In this document: positions 37,027 to 50,525 of the stretch, piece by piece
How the letters are laid out: every line of letters begins with the position of its first letter
Numbering within the stretch: the stretch's first letter is position 1
Origin: Gekko japonicus
Taxonomy: Eukaryota
Direction of reading: 5' to 3'
Length of the DNA stretch: 64,000 nt
NCBI RefSeq assembly: GCF_001447785.1
Contig: NW_015160843.1
Location: 1,203,409-1,267,408 of the forward strand
Program-made: the position numbers and the translations under genes
Notes under the pieces: generated by a model
Told to the model about the DNA's origin: nothing
The model's database searches: none
Seen by the model: the letters and a program-made list of their open reading frames with translations, nothing else

Positions 37027-40000
37027 GTGAGGCGGAGCAGCAGGTCCCAAATCCTAAGGCACTGAAAACAGTGAGCAATTACCCCCCCTTCTTTGTGATT
37101 GTGTGTCACGATTGCGCTGGCAGGCCAGGCAGGGCACGGAAAGTCCAAAACACTGTCCGGGGTCAGGTTACCAGATAAGACAGAGTAAGGTGAGCAGAGT
37201 CCAAAATACCAAGTCAAAACACAGTCTAGGGTTACCGGAGATTGCAAGCAGAGTTCAGAAGCTGAAAGCTGTTCGTCAAAAGTCAGGATACACAGTCCGA
37301 AGTCAGGAAGCCGGGGAAACAACGTCACACAAGTCAAAGTCAGGAGCTGGGAAGTCAGAATGAAAACCAGGAGACAGGAACGCAGGATCCGGGATGCAAC
37401 GATTTGTCTAAGTGATTAGTTGCCAGCATGAGTTGGGAATCTGAGAGAGCCACCTAAAAAGCCCGTTCCACATGTTAGCTAATTACCGGCCGGTAGCAGG
37501 GTCCTGGCTCTGGTCAGTACTCTGGGCTTAGAGGACGCCGACGTCACATGCGTGCCTCCTTATGCCGGGTTGCTATGTCCCGTCGCCTCTTATCATGCAA
37601 ATGAGCCAATGGTGGAGGAAAATCAGGAGGCGTGGTCCTTGTGCTTGGCTCTGCTGGCGCAGCTCCAGCTTTAAACCCTCCTGGTAGCTGGTGCTCATCC
37701 TCCACAAGATTTAGGTCTGGTGATTCAAGGGGTGCAGGGAGCTCACCCTCGGACGTTGAGGGCGCAGAATCCCCGGGGTCAGGGTCTATAGGGTTGGGCT
37801 GCACTGCGGGCATGACACTGTGACTATATTGAACCCCGAACTGGGAACCCATGTATGGGTGAGGGGCTTAATAGACTTTGGGTGTGGACAGGACTTAATC
37901 AACCCCTCCTTGGTTACGGGGCTGGGGGCCAAGGTTGTTAAGCTTCCGGACCCCATTGTTTTCACCCAGATGGATGGGTCTGCCATGAAAGAGCCCTGCA
38001 TGTACGAGACTGTGCCTTTACAGGTAGGGGCAGGAGGCCATTGGGAACACCGGCTATTTGTCATCACCCAGGCAGCTCGTTTCCCCCTGGTGCTGGGCAG
38101 CTCATGGCTGCACAATAACGACCCATACATTCTGTGGGACGAGGGCAAGGTCCAATTCATATCTCCCAAGTGTCAGGTTCACACGTGGTCTGCGGAGTGG
38201 GGGGCCCCCTCCAGATGAACCAGTGCGAGCGTGCCTGGCTAGGGAGGAGCTGGACGCTATTCCCCCCGAGTATCAAGACATGGCCAGGGTTTTTGAAGAG
38301 GAGGAGGCTGATGAATTACCGCCTCACTGGCACACAGATTGTGCTATAGAACTGATTCCCGAGCACAAGTTAACCAAACGGAAACTGTGTGCGATGCGCC
38401 TGAGAGAAAAAAAGGAACGGTGAAAGTTTATTGACAAGAATCTGGCTAGGGGTTTCATTCACCCTGCATCCTCCCCGTTTGCGCCCCCCGTACTATTTCG
38501 GGGGGGGGAAGGATGGGTGGTTGAGACTCCACACTGACTATAGGGGGTTGAATGTGGTTTCCACTACAAATACTTACCCCCTCCCCCTGCTCAAGGATCT
38601 CCTGGCCAAGGCGGCTAAGGGGAAAATCTTTTCCAAGCTTGATCTCAGGGATGCGTATTTCAGGGTGTGGATTAAGGAGGGGGATGAGTATAAAATGGCA
38701 TTTAATACTCCACTGGGCCACTTCGAGTACTGGGTGATGCCCTTCAGACTGCAAGGGGCTCCCGGGGTCTTCATGAACCTTATCAATGAAGTGTTGCACA
38801 AGCACCTATTCAAGGGTGTCCTTGTTTATCTTGATGATATCTTGCTGTATTCCCCATACAAATCTTCTGATGTGATGCTAGTGCGGGAAGTTTTGCACAC
38901 ATTGCACAACCACACACTGATTGCCAAACTCTCAAAATGCGAATTCCATTGTACTGAGATTGATTTCCTGGGCTATCACATTTCCCCCCGGGGGCTGGAG
39001 ATGGACCCAGCCAAGGTTCAGGATATACTGGGGTGGGAGCCGCCTTGAACCTGGAGGCAGCTCCAAGCATTCTTAGTATTGCTCATGGATCTACTGAAAA
39101 TGAAACGGAAGGGGCCCGAGAGTACCTGGCCGGGAACTAAACTGATGTGGTCAGCTGAATGCCAGGAGGCGTTAGACTGCTTGAAAGCTCTGTTCACATC
39201 TGAGTCAGTGTTGGCGCATCCTGATGAGAATAAAACATTTATGGTGCAGGTCAATGCTTCAGATGTCGCCATGGGTGGTGCCATTTTGCAAGAAGGGGTG
39301 GGTGGGAGGTTGCACCCCGTTGAATATGTGCCCCACAAGTTCAATTACACTGAGTGGAACTGGTCTGTGTGGGACAAGGAAGCAGAGGTGATTAAGTTGG
39401 CACTCTCGACTTGGCACCACTGGTTGGAGGGGGTGCGGGTGCCTTTTGAGGGTTGGACTGACCATAAAAACTTGGAGGTGTTGAGGACGCCCTGCAACCT
39501 TAATGCTAAGCAGTCACAGTGAGCAGATTTCTTCTCCAAATTCAACTTCACCCTCCACCATATTCCGGGCAAGGCAAACTCTCTCATGGACACATTGTCC
39601 CACCTTCCTCAGCGTGACAGTCAGCGTGAGGGCATGCTGGACTCTATGTTCATTCCCTCCCACTTGGGGGGGCAGTGCTGACTCGCAGCCAGGTGAAGAC
39701 CTCACCCCCTGGGGATGGGGATAGCTGGGAAGTGAAGTTCGCCTCCGCCCTCTCGGACTCTGATCGAATGAAGTTGGAAAAGGAGGTGGAGGTGGAGGAA
39801 AGAGCTAATGGCTGCTGTTGCCATGGGCACAAACTGTTTGTTCCATCTGCCTTGCGGGGGGAAGTCATGTCGGCGGTGCATGGCAGTAAGCTGGCGGGGC
39901 ACTTGGGCTTTGTGAAATCTTTACATTTATTGCAACGCCAGCTCTGGTGGCCCAGGATGAGGAAGGATCTCTCCCTATTTGTCCAGTCATGCCAGACATG

Positions 40001-41156
40001 CATCATGTGTAAACCACATCCCGGGAGGCCGCCTGGACTGTTGCAGCCTCTGCCCACCCCTGGCCAACCGTGGGAGGTGATCTCCATGGACTTCATCACT
40101 GATTTACCTCCCACCTGGGGGAAGACAGTTATATGGGTGATAGTGGATCTTTTTACCAAGCAAGCCCATTTTGTCCCATTTAAGTCCATGCCTACAGCTC
40201 GCCTTCTTGCCAAAGCATTCCTCCAACAAGTGTTCAGGCTGCATACTTTACCCTGCAAGATAATCTCCAATGGTGGGTCGCAATTTGTTTCTATGTTCTG
40301 GAGGGAACTCATGGACCTGCTGGGGGTGGAGCGGGGGTTCAGTTGAGCTTACCACCCGTAAACTGATGGCCAGATGGAATGGGTCAATCAAATCCTGGAG
40401 CAGTACCTCCGATGCTTCACAAACTATCAACAGGATGACTGGGAGGGGCTCCTCCTTTTTGCCAAGTTTTGTTACAATAATGCGTGTCACTCATCCACGG
40501 GGGTCTCCCCATTTATGGCTCTCTATGGATATGAGGCTCTACCTCTCCCCTTCCTGACTGACTTTACCCTGCTTGAGGGGGATGTGGGTGACTGGTGTCA
40601 GAGTTTGTGTGACGCATGGCCAGTCTTGTGCAAGTCTTTGGATAGGGCCAAAGACACATACAAAGCGCAGGCTGACAAGAAACGTTCAGAGGCCTGGGAC
40701 ATCCAGCCAGGGAAATCGGTCTATGTTTCCACTAAAAACATCAGGGGTCTTCACCCTATGCGTAAACTGGGGTGGAAGTTTATCAGTCCTTTTCAGGTGG
40801 TGTGTAAAATCTGTTGAGCTTGATTTACCTAAAAATTTAAAGTTTCTGTATCCTGTTTTCCATTTCAGCCTCCTAAAATGGGATCCTGGGCCAAATGTTT
40901 GGAGACCCCCAATGGACAAAGCTGCACCCCCCCCTCGATGGTGCAAGGTGAACCACATTTTGAAGTGGCTGATATCTTGGACTCTAAGCTTAAGCAAAAT
41001 AAGTTGTACTATTTGGTAGAATGGGCTGACTTTGGGCCGCAACATCGTGAGTGGGTGGAGGTGGGTCACATCAAGGCACCTCGTCTCCTGCGCAGATTCC
41101 ACCATCGTTTCCCGGAGAAACCGGGGGGGGGGGGGGGAGCCTTTGGGAAGGCAGGA
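37002..41156 (+). pseudogene. pol: chromovirus pol: protease, RT, RNase H, integrase, chromodomain (stops and frameshifts)
   Basis: PR LIDFGC. RT FSKLDLRDAY, MPFRLQGAP and VYLDDIL. RH VQVNASDVAMG. IN H..GHLG..CQTC and SMDFITDLP. Chromodomain FEVADILDSK...YYLVEWADFG..HREWV. Confidence 0.92.
37104..37817 (-). mobile_element. solo LTR of a different Gypsy family, inserted in the protease
   Basis: Termini TGTCACG / CATGACA. TSD TTGTG / CTGTG. Removing it restores PFFVIV|TILNPE. Orientation is tentative. Confidence 0.8.
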
Positions 41157-41528
41157 TGTCAGTTAGCACTGCCATTCTTTAGAATGTGTGGGGGGAATCC
41201 ACCTTGCCTCTTCCTGTTACGCTAACAAAGTCTACTCCCTGGGTTTTATCTGCTTTTGCTTTCCTAACCTTGGGATGTACCAGCTGCTGTTGACTCGCTG
41301 GGAACAAATGGCTTCTACTTTTGCCCCATCTCTTTTCCCCACACGTGCGGACTTTGCTTATTGGCTTTCACTTGTAAGGGGAGTGTTTTGAACCTAGTAT
41401 AATTCAGGGTGCCCTGATGCTGCGGGCCATTCCTGGCACAAGAAGTACATGTGTCATAGTTATGAAATACCAATAAACAGAAATCTTCTTATGAAGTGCT
41501 GTGTGGTGTGACCTATCGAACCCTAACA
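41157..41528 (+). repeat. 3' LTR
   Basis: Repeat of the 5' LTR, with AATAAA at 41472. Confidence 0.95.
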
Positions 41529-41569
41529 CCATCAGGGCTCAGATCCAATCTGACTACCAAGGACACAGA

Positions 41570-41792
41570 TCTGAGAGGCAACAGGAATAAGTCACCGCAG
41601 TAGAGATTTGGGGACAGATCTTGGGGAAGATGGAGTTTGGGGAGGGGAGGGGACTCAGGCTCAGCAGAGACATAATGACAGAGTCCACCCTCCAAAGCTG
41701 CCATTTTCTCCAAGAGAACTGATCACTGGATTATGGAGATAAATTGTAATTCTCAGAGATGGCCAAGCCCCACCCAGGAGTTGCCAACCCTA
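41570..41792. mobile_element. hAT-like MITE end
   Basis: GCTGCCATTTTCTCCA...GCCAACCCTA terminus shared with other copies. Confidence 0.55.
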
Positions 41793-44488
41793 TGACTGTA
41801 CCCCTCACCTTTTGTACCATCAGGGCTTGACTTGGTCAGGGGACCTGTGCATGGAACTCTCACAATGAACTTGGCAGCTGGCAGTCTGAGCCTCTCCTCT
41901 CTGAGGGAATGAATGAGGGTAGAAGGTAAATGGAGAGAAAGATGGGACCTAGCAGCTCTTCTCTTTTCCCATCACTGGGAGGAGACAGAACCAGATTCTC
42001 ATCTCCCAGCTAACCTTGTTTTTCCTCCTAGCTTTGTGACTCACTTGTGAGAGTGTCAAAATGCACTTTTGGATCTCAACCCACAATTCAAGACCCACAG
42101 AAAAAAGGGAAGGTCTTTCACAGAATTAAGATGTAGGCTACAGCCAATAAAGGAGTCAGAGAGTAGGAAAGTTTCAAAGGATGAGGACACCTGAAGGCCT
42201 AAAAGATAGGAACTTACAGGATAGTCATTTGTAGAAAAGGGAATGTAATTGATACTGGTACATGTAGAACACCAGAGGTGGGGATATCAGTAGCTAAAGC
42301 AAGGAAAATACAAAAGATGAGAGGAAAAAAACAGCAAAAAAATAATAGAATGTGTCCATACCAGCTGTTACTATTGGGATGTTTGGTTAATATAGCAGAG
42401 TTTTGCCCAGTCAAGAAGTGTGATATCATCACTCCAGTAGTTATCCCCTGATATGGAAAGGCTGGTGCTGCTCCTACCTCATCATAGCAGCATCCCCTAT
42501 TAAAGTTCCATTTCTGGGTTTTATAATGGGAAGTCACAAGCTAAATTGGTCACTCTTTATTGTTGCAGCTGCTCATCTTCACAAACCAACATATGGCCAT
42601 ACAGATGTATCTGAAGCATAATTCATACTCTGTTAACAATATGTTAACAACCCAGATATATCTATCTTTTCAGTTCCATGGTTCACAAATCCAAATCCCC
42701 ATGGTAATCAACCATATGGTGAATTAAAGAAAGAAGACTAACTTTTCCACGGCATTCTTTTGGTATCTCAGATTGCCTCTGAGAGGAGGTTTATTCTCTG
42801 CAGTCTTGCTGCTTAGATGTGACAATGGAGATCTGTCACTGGTCTGGAACTTCAAGGGAGTAATTCAACCCTTAAAATCTCATGCTGTTTTACTCAATTT
42901 AAGATTACCCTTTTGGGCTGCTTTAAACCCTGGCAAGAGAAGAATGCAGAGACAGTACGGCTATCAGTCTTTTCCACTCACAAAGCAGCTCAAGCGGGGG
43001 GAGGGGGGCACCACCATGGCCCCAATTCAGGTCAGGGGCCAATTCTACTGTCCAGTCATGAAGCTTTAATCATGTGTTGTTTGGTCTTAGAAAATCAGGC
43101 TTGAGAACTTACTTGCCCGTATATTTCTATATTGTTTATGATCACTGATCACCACAATATAATTTGTACGTGTAAACAAGATGTGGTTATTTTGAACTGA
43201 AATGCAGACAGCCAGAATTTCAACATAGAGAATAAAATAGTTCCTTCCAGGAAAGCAGAAAATGTAATTTATATTCCTAAATTAAGTGGTCCCCTGTACA
43301 ATTTACTGTTATGATCAGCAGATATTTACTGTGCATTTTTCTAGCTGCTACAGAAAATAATGCCATTCAGAATGTAATGGGCATATGTGTGTTTGACAGC
43401 AGAGGACAGAGTGGCCAAGGATGATTTGATACCTGCAGAACAGCCATTTGAAAATCAGACTTACCTTGCTTGCAAAGCCCATTCAGAATTGCACCATACA
43501 CCACATATGATCACCTCAGTGATTTGATCACAATTCAAAATAAGTGGCATTTCCAGTTGTTTGTCATCTGAAGCCCACATCAGTGAGGCATTCTCAAAAA
43601 GAGACACAGCACAAGGCAGCAGAATTAAACAACAACAACAAACAGTGTTTTGTAGTGCTGTGGTAGCATTCAGCATGGCAGCTGGTTGGGTAGTAGCTGC
43701 TGATGCATGCTCAAATTTATTTGGATTACATATATTCCTGGATCATCATGGGCATAATTTAAAAATAAATTATATTAGAAGGTATGTGCTACTTTTGCAT
43801 GCCCAGTTGGTGGTGTTCATGAGTCAGTGGCATTCATCACATTGCCTCAAACTCAGAACTTACAGTATCAAATCCCTGTGGTGCGGATTTAGATTCGGGG
43901 CATTCAATCCTAGTCAGAATGACTTCAGGCCAACCTGGAAGGAGGATGCTTACATTCTGGTCTATAACATAATCTAAAGAGGCCCTGTTGTGCCATCATG
44001 CGTGCTTCATAGATGGTGGGAAATTTTGACCAAAGGAATGAAAGAGGGAATTTTCTGCAGAATGGGACCTTTCTCAGGGAATGGGAAGCAGGTAGCCGCC
44101 TAGTTTTGCTTATTTCATCTCAGCTGGGCTTCCTATATCTACACGGTGGCTCCACAATTTATTCTGTGTGAAGAATAACTCCAGTCTCAACTCTTCTTCA
44201 TTTCCCTTCCTCTCACATACATTGGTGAAATGTTTATAACCTACTCATTGAGATTCAGGTAACCTTGGAGAGCAAGCAGTTGTGCTCAGTTGTTGACCTA
44301 TAGTGAGAGTTGGCCTAGTCCTTTTAATGCTTATTTTGTGTTCCTAGAATACACAGTTCTACAATTTTGTTCCAGGAAAGGAACACTTAATGCAAATTGA
44401 GGGATGTTGGATGGGACAAAAAATATACACTCTTTTCAGGTTCCTGCTGCAAGCCCCAATTCATTTGACTTTCAAATTATGCTTTCAA

Positions 44489-44840
44489 ATTATGGTGCTG
44501 GAGAAGACTCTTGAGCATTCCTTGAACTGCAAGGAGATCAAATCAGTCAATCTTAAAAGAAATCAACCCTGACTCTTCTCTGGAAGGCCAGATACTGAAG
44601 CTGAAGCTCAAATACTTTGGCCACCAAATGAGAAGGGAGCACTCACTGGAGAAGACCCAGATGCTGGGAAAGATTGAAGGTACCAGAAGAAGCGGATGGA
44701 AATGGATGAGATGGCTAGACAGTGTTATCGATGCAACAAACATGAAATTAAGCAAACAACAGAGGATGACAGAAGACAGGAGGGCCTAGCATGATGTGGT
44801 TCATGGGGTCGCAAAGAGACGGACTCAACTGTGTGACTGA
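44489..44840 (+). mobile_element. BovB 3' fragment
   Basis: Homologous to 33595-33945. Confidence 0.9.
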
Positions 44841-46457
44841 TGCCTTGCATTCAACAGGTTTTTACAGCCCTTGCCCAGGAAATTGCAGAAAGAATTGTCT
44901 TTACAGAGAGAATTATTTTACAGAAATCTATTCCTTCCTGCACATCTACAGAAAGTATTCACTTCTTCCTAGGGATGCTGAATTGCTCTTTAATGAAATA
45001 TAGTAAAGAATTTCTGTAGAGTCCCCGCACCTCTCTGTTGCCCCCTGTACTTCCTATGGACAATGCATATGGCTGTTTATAGGGATTCTGATTCTGACAT
45101 GATTGCTTGGTTATTAGAACATATCACTGCCTGCTGGTTGTAATGATAGTAGTTTTCTTAGTCCATGCAGGCAATGTGGGGTGTTGCTGCATGGCTTATA
45201 TTTCCCCAATTCGATGTTATTTTGGGAAGTGGGCTTTTTTTCCTGCTTCACCATAGCAGCGTGGTGCATTTGTGCACCTTTCAGGTCTCCCCAGGTTTTT
45301 CTCAAACCTGATTTTCTCCAAGGTTTTGGGAAAGATCATAGCAAAGTCTGGGTGACTGCCATGTGGCTGGAGAAGTTCAGAGTTTCCTGCTCCTACCCAT
45401 ACAAACAGCCATTGGGTACCCATTTCTTCTCCCCACTGCAAAGATGTTTGGGGTTGGGTTTTTTAAAAAAAATATCAGTGACTTAATAGCACTCTACTGA
45501 TAGACTAGATTAGATAGAAAATATGCATCAGGTTCTCTGAATTCCCAGCTTTCATTTTTAAAAAAGTGTCTCTATTTCCTTTCCCTGTGAAGATATATGG
45601 GAGTGGGGAAGCATCTCTGCAACAAAATGGGCCACAGACTTACTTAAAAAAATAAAAATAAATAAAGCTGAGAACCTAGAGAACTTGATGCATATTTTGG
45701 TACAAGGGTATATCACTATAACACCATTAAATCATCATTAGGGGGGGGGGAACACAACTACCCTTGAAACCTGCTATGGGGAAGGCCTGCCATCTCTGCA
45801 TTGCTTCAGCAGAATCAGCAGCAACAGGGAAACTACAGAAGCCTGTCCCTGTCTGGAAAACATCAGTGTTGATTTGGGCTGAGCAGGGACATCTGGTGAA
45901 GCAACCCCATGATGGCTTGATCTTGCATTTAACTCTGCCTGGAACTGTTCAACTAACATTCTCAGCTGGCTCAAGAGAATTGGTCCTCAGTGACCATGAG
46001 TGTGTTTAATGAGCACAGCCATGTAACACTGTTTTCCTGGTCTTTTCTTCAGGCCCTCCTGCAGCAGACAATCATTCCAGGCTCAGACCATTTGACAGGA
46101 CACAGAAAATTAACTCATTTCCTTGAAGCAAAGTGCCATATAAACATTTACTGCTCATTTAAATCATTGCCTGAAGTTATGGAGGGGATAAATTCAATTC
46201 TAAGTCACTTCTGCAGTGCCAAAGTAACATATGATTTGCTCCAATTTTCCTACTTCAGCCATGATATTTCTCTTCAGTGTCCTGGGTTCATCACGGTCCC
46301 AAGAAAATCCTAATCCAGGAGGGGAGGGGAGGGGAGGGGAAGGACCTCAACATGGCACAATGCCATGGAGTCCATTCTTCAAAGCAGCTATTTTCTCCAG
46401 GGGAGCTGATCTTTGTCAGCTGGAGACCAGTTGTAAAAGTGGGAGACCTCCAGGCCG

Positions 46458-47735
46458 TCAGTGCATTTCAAATGTGGTAAAAACTGTTTAGTGTGTCAAC
46501 ATGAGATCACAATAAATAATTTCATATGGAGACTGAAACATTTCACTAATTGTGAATCTACAAAAGTGGTCTACGTTTTATGGTGTACTTGCTCCAAATA
46601 TTATGTGGGGTCTACCATGAGGAGTTTAAAAACTCGTGTATTGAAGCATATGTCTTGGTGAGACTTAAGAATCAAGATGCTCCCATTGTGAGCCACTATT
46701 TGGATCAAAAACATGAATTTAATTATCTACAATGTCTGGCAATCTACAGAGTGGTTAGTAACAAGACATATGATATTCATGATGTACATAGACTATTGCT
46801 TTTTTATACATACATTTAATACAGTATCTCCTCGTGGCTTAAATGACCTCAGTTCATTTTTATAAATGGTATATTTGTGGGTATTGTAGTCTGGGTTCTG
46901 GTTCATCTTATCATTCATGATGTTTGTTTTCCACAAGTAGCATCTTCATTATTAGGTTTTTTGGTCATGTATGTAATGTTGGGATTTCCCCTTGAATTCA
47001 GTAATGCTATTCAATGTACTGGAACTGTATTGTAATGCTATATTCTTCTGGAAATTGTGTAATTTTACAATCTGGTTTAGAATTCAAGCAATTAGCTTAG
47101 TTATAGTTGTTAACTGTGAGATGTTGTAAGTACTGTTCCTTTAATTCTCTTGGAATCATCAGTGCAGCTGTGATTTATTAGAGTGGTCTTTCTCAGTTGT
47201 TCCTATGGGGAACCAGAGAAGCCTTCTACAGAGTTTGACTTGTGCATTGTAAGCTCTGGGTGAATGCAGCAAGCTAGCTCTTTTTTCCTGGTTTCTATGT
47301 AAAGTATATTGAGTTATATTGTATTTGGAATTCAGTTCCAAAGAAAAATAATTTGCCTGAAGAAGAATTTCTCAAAAACTGCAACTTTTGCCTGGGTGGC
47401 ATGTTTCTTTGATGCTTGCTGTATCACTTTTCAGAAAGCAAAACAGCCTACAATATTGACATTGATGACTGCTGCATCTCTCATCAGTCTCTCATCAGAA
47501 AGCAAGATAGTCAACAGCACTGAATTCTGTCTGTATATTTGTCTCTGTAGCTGTGGACTTTTCTACAAGATATATATTGTTCTTTAGGTTTTTGTTATGA
47601 ATGTACTATAATTAATAAGATACACTAGGGTCTTTATTGTATATTTAAGTATATGGTTTAAATGAACATATGAAGGCACAGTAGCATATCAGAATTGTGT
47701 GTTTTGTTTCAACACGGTGTTTTTCCTCTTTTGTC
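46458..47735 (+). mobile_element. Penelope-like element: GIY-YIG endonuclease remnant and 3' region, inside a hAT-like MITE
   Basis: FKCGKNCLVC...FTNCESTKVVYVLWCTCSKYYVGST.RSLKTRV.KH, SHY, and NTVSPRGLN. MITE halves at 46310-46455 and 47735-47758. Confidence 0.8.
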
Positions 47736-48522
47736 CCACCTGGAGGCTGGCAACCCTAAGCCTCAGCAAAAACAAAAGGGAAAGTTGGGATTGAAGCAAG
47801 ATGAAAACGAGGAGGAAAGGTAAAATGCTGCCTTACACAACTCCTAGGTAACCCTGCCCCCATTGTGAATCAAGTCTCACAACCCAAAGCCCAGTTTCTC
47901 ATTCCCAGCAAGGGTAGGCAGGCAGCCTCATCTTCTGCCCCCCAAATATCTAGTATTTAGCTTGTAAAATTTTTGTTGCTGGAATTACAGGCACACCACT
48001 GCTACCTCCTCAAGAGCTGGCTGCACACCTAGTCTGGTGCAACGCATCCAGACATACTACAGCTTCCTTCAGCAGTTGCATTTGGTGCCAGGCTGAGGAA
48101 CTATAAAAAACTCCAAGGGCTTAAATAGCCTCACCTCCTGTACTAGGCATCCTATCCTGTACTAGGCATCCCCTTGTTGCAGGCCCCTCCTAAGGGCCAT
48201 GGCAAAGAAAGTTTCCCCAACTGAGAGCTGGGAAAAGAAAATTCCTTTTGCACAGGGCAATTTTTTTGCATTATGGCTACTGGTGAAAATGGGATCTGCT
48301 TCAAGGGTAGGGAAATCTACAGAGAGGGAGGGAGGGAGGGAGGGTGGGTGTTCTACTCAGGCAGAAGCAACACTGGTACTATTTGTGTTTGTTTCCATTT
48401 AAAATGAGAAGCTCAGGAGTGAGGAAAACTCCATATCTAAAGCCTTTTCCTCCTCTTTCTCTTTCACTCCAAAATGTGTAGAAACTAGCTGTGATGTGTA
48501 GGTAAAAGGGAAAGATACTGTG

Positions 48523-48900
48523 CTTTTTTTTTTAACCAGAACATTTTATTCGTATTCAACCATAAAGTATAACAACAAACAGCAAAAGTTACAGAAATCC
48601 ACTTATCCTACCAATGCAATCAAATATACAATCAAAGAGAGGTTCCACGGAACAAAGCCATAAAGGTCATAGAAACATTAACCCAATAGCAACAACTTAT
48701 ACTTCGCATTGTAAATAGTTTTCCAGTCAAAATCATCAAAAGTGAGTTTTTCGAAAATCATAAATCCAAAAGGTACCTGAAAAGTTCATCTCCAGCTGAT
48801 ACTTGTTAAGAAGTTTGCTTACCATAAAGGAGACTGGGTCTCTTGCCGCTGACAGCTCATAATAAAATTCACTCCTAAATTAGGTTGCCTTCGGAACGTA
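48523..48900 (-). mobile_element. possible L1/Tx1-like 3' end
   Basis: Minus-strand AATAAA followed by an A-tail at about 48523-48550. Otherwise too decayed to assign. Confidence 0.3.
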
Positions 48901-49800
48901 GCAGCATTGTTATGTATTTACTGGTGCTTTTTGAGGCTCAGGATGTTAACTCCACTGATCTTCTTTGTTCCTTCAACAATTGCTACAAAAGGTTATTTTT
49001 TTCCATGTTCTCTTGCCATTCTTGAAGTGGTTACTCCCTACTTGTATGGCTAACAGTGCAGAGTGTATATTGTTTGGACAGAAAAAAATGTTATTTGCTT
49101 CAATGATCAAATTACAGTCTCATTTGATTGCACTTGATTTGTGAACAAAAAGTGTTTTTAAAGCCTGCAATTTCCTCTTAGTACTCTTATCTATTGCCTG
49201 TGTACTATTTCCAGATAAGAACTGTACAACAAATGCTCATTTTATAAAACTGTGCAGAAACAGTACTGGGGGAAAGTCCATAGCCAGATGTTCTTGGAAT
49301 CCTCAAAGAAATTGTCTGCTCCATCCCCCTTTAGGCTCTCATCCACTGTGCACTCATGGGAGTAATGCTATTTTCTTCTATTAAATGTAGGAAGATATAA
49401 AGCTTCAGGTTCAGTCCCTAGCCTCTCCAGCTGAAGGAGCTCTGCTAGCAGGTTCTCATGAGAACTATGGAGTTAACTTGAGTGGGTGGACACTATTCCT
49501 ATTCAAGCAAGATGCTCCTGTTATGTACTGCCTCTTTAAGAGGCTATCCCAGTAGGCCTTAGAGCAAGCAGGAGAGTAGGAAGGACTCAGTGCTTCTCAT
49601 CTCAGTCTCCCTGCTAGCAGCCTGTAGGAGTGCAGTGCCTACTAAGAATATGCAGAACCAGACCAGGAGAACTCTGGCCTAGAGCTGTAGAAACAGCTTT
49701 GTTAAGTATTGGTATTCCTTTTTCCAATGGCCAAGTTACCTGCCCTACAGTTACTGTTAATAAAGAGGCCTTCAGCCCAATGGAACTAGGTGTTTGTTGT

Positions 49801-50500
49801 TGTTGGCAGAGTTTGAATGTGCAAGGAAGTGGAGCACTAGAGAAAAGTAAATAGGGCCCTGGTCACACAGGCCAGATATCGCGGTGGGAGGCGTGGCTAA
49901 TTGCCCCAGCGCAGTTTGATTCGTGATGACGCGATCAGACGCGCCGGCGCCAAACCACGGGTCCTTCCCTCAGCACTGGCGGGTAAACGAGGGACCGGAG
50001 GGGAATGCTGCACGCTGGCGCGATCACACCACAGGCATCTGGAGGCAGCCCGTTGGCAAACATTTACTAGTACCTTGGAGGTACTAGTTTTTTAAGGCAC
50101 ATTGTCGGCGGTAAGCCACCAGTGCGCTCCACTTCCCAGATGTTGGGGTGTGATCACACCCGGATAATCCGCCCACCATCCGTGCCTCTCCCGCCGCAAC
50201 TTTGCTGTGTGACCGGGGCCTAGGTTTATTAAAGAAGAACAAACTGTTATAGAACACAGAAGAGAGAGAACCTTAACTGTCTAAACTAACTGCTGAAGGA
50301 GGAACAAAGAGCAACGGGAAGCTCTACGGGAGCAGGAAGTCTCCAGAAGAGCCAATCAGGAGACAGCAAGGACACAATTTGAAAAAGTGGGAAGTTCATA
50401 GTCTAATTATGTTAACTACAAGTTTTTTAGCAGTCCCCCTGTAGGATGATCTTCAGATCTTCTTCATAAGGCTACACTATAGACCTTGCATATTCCAACA
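49801..50500 (-). mobile_element. solo LTR inserted in the Gypsy 5' LTR
   Basis: Termini TGTTGG / CCAACA. TSD GTTGT / GTTAT. Minus-strand AATAAA at about 50225. Confidence 0.7.
49855..50220. mobile_element. Harbinger-like MITE, CpG-rich
   Basis: TIR GGCCCTGGTCACACAG / CTGTGTGACCGGGGCC, with TAG TSD on both sides. Confidence 0.85.
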
Positions 50501-50525
50501 GTTATTTGCTCCACTACACAAAACT

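Larger units (their letters stand above)
35350..41528 (+). mobile_element. full-length Gypsy chromovirus (Tf1/sushi group) LTR retrotransposon, decayed
   Basis: LTRs 35350-35721 and 41157-41528 (TG...CA). 5-bp TSD CCATC at 35345-35349 and 41529-41533. Purine-rich PPT at 41123-41156. Domain order gag-PR-RT-RH-IN-chromodomain. Confidence 0.95.

Noticed and set aside
43461-43600. Candidate minus-strand exon with an AG|GTAAGT donor
   Set aside because: A single splice signal only, and the peptide is not recognised. It needs RNA-seq.
48136-48171. 17-bp direct repeat TCCTGTACTAGGCATCC
   Set aside because: Ordinary slippage duplication.
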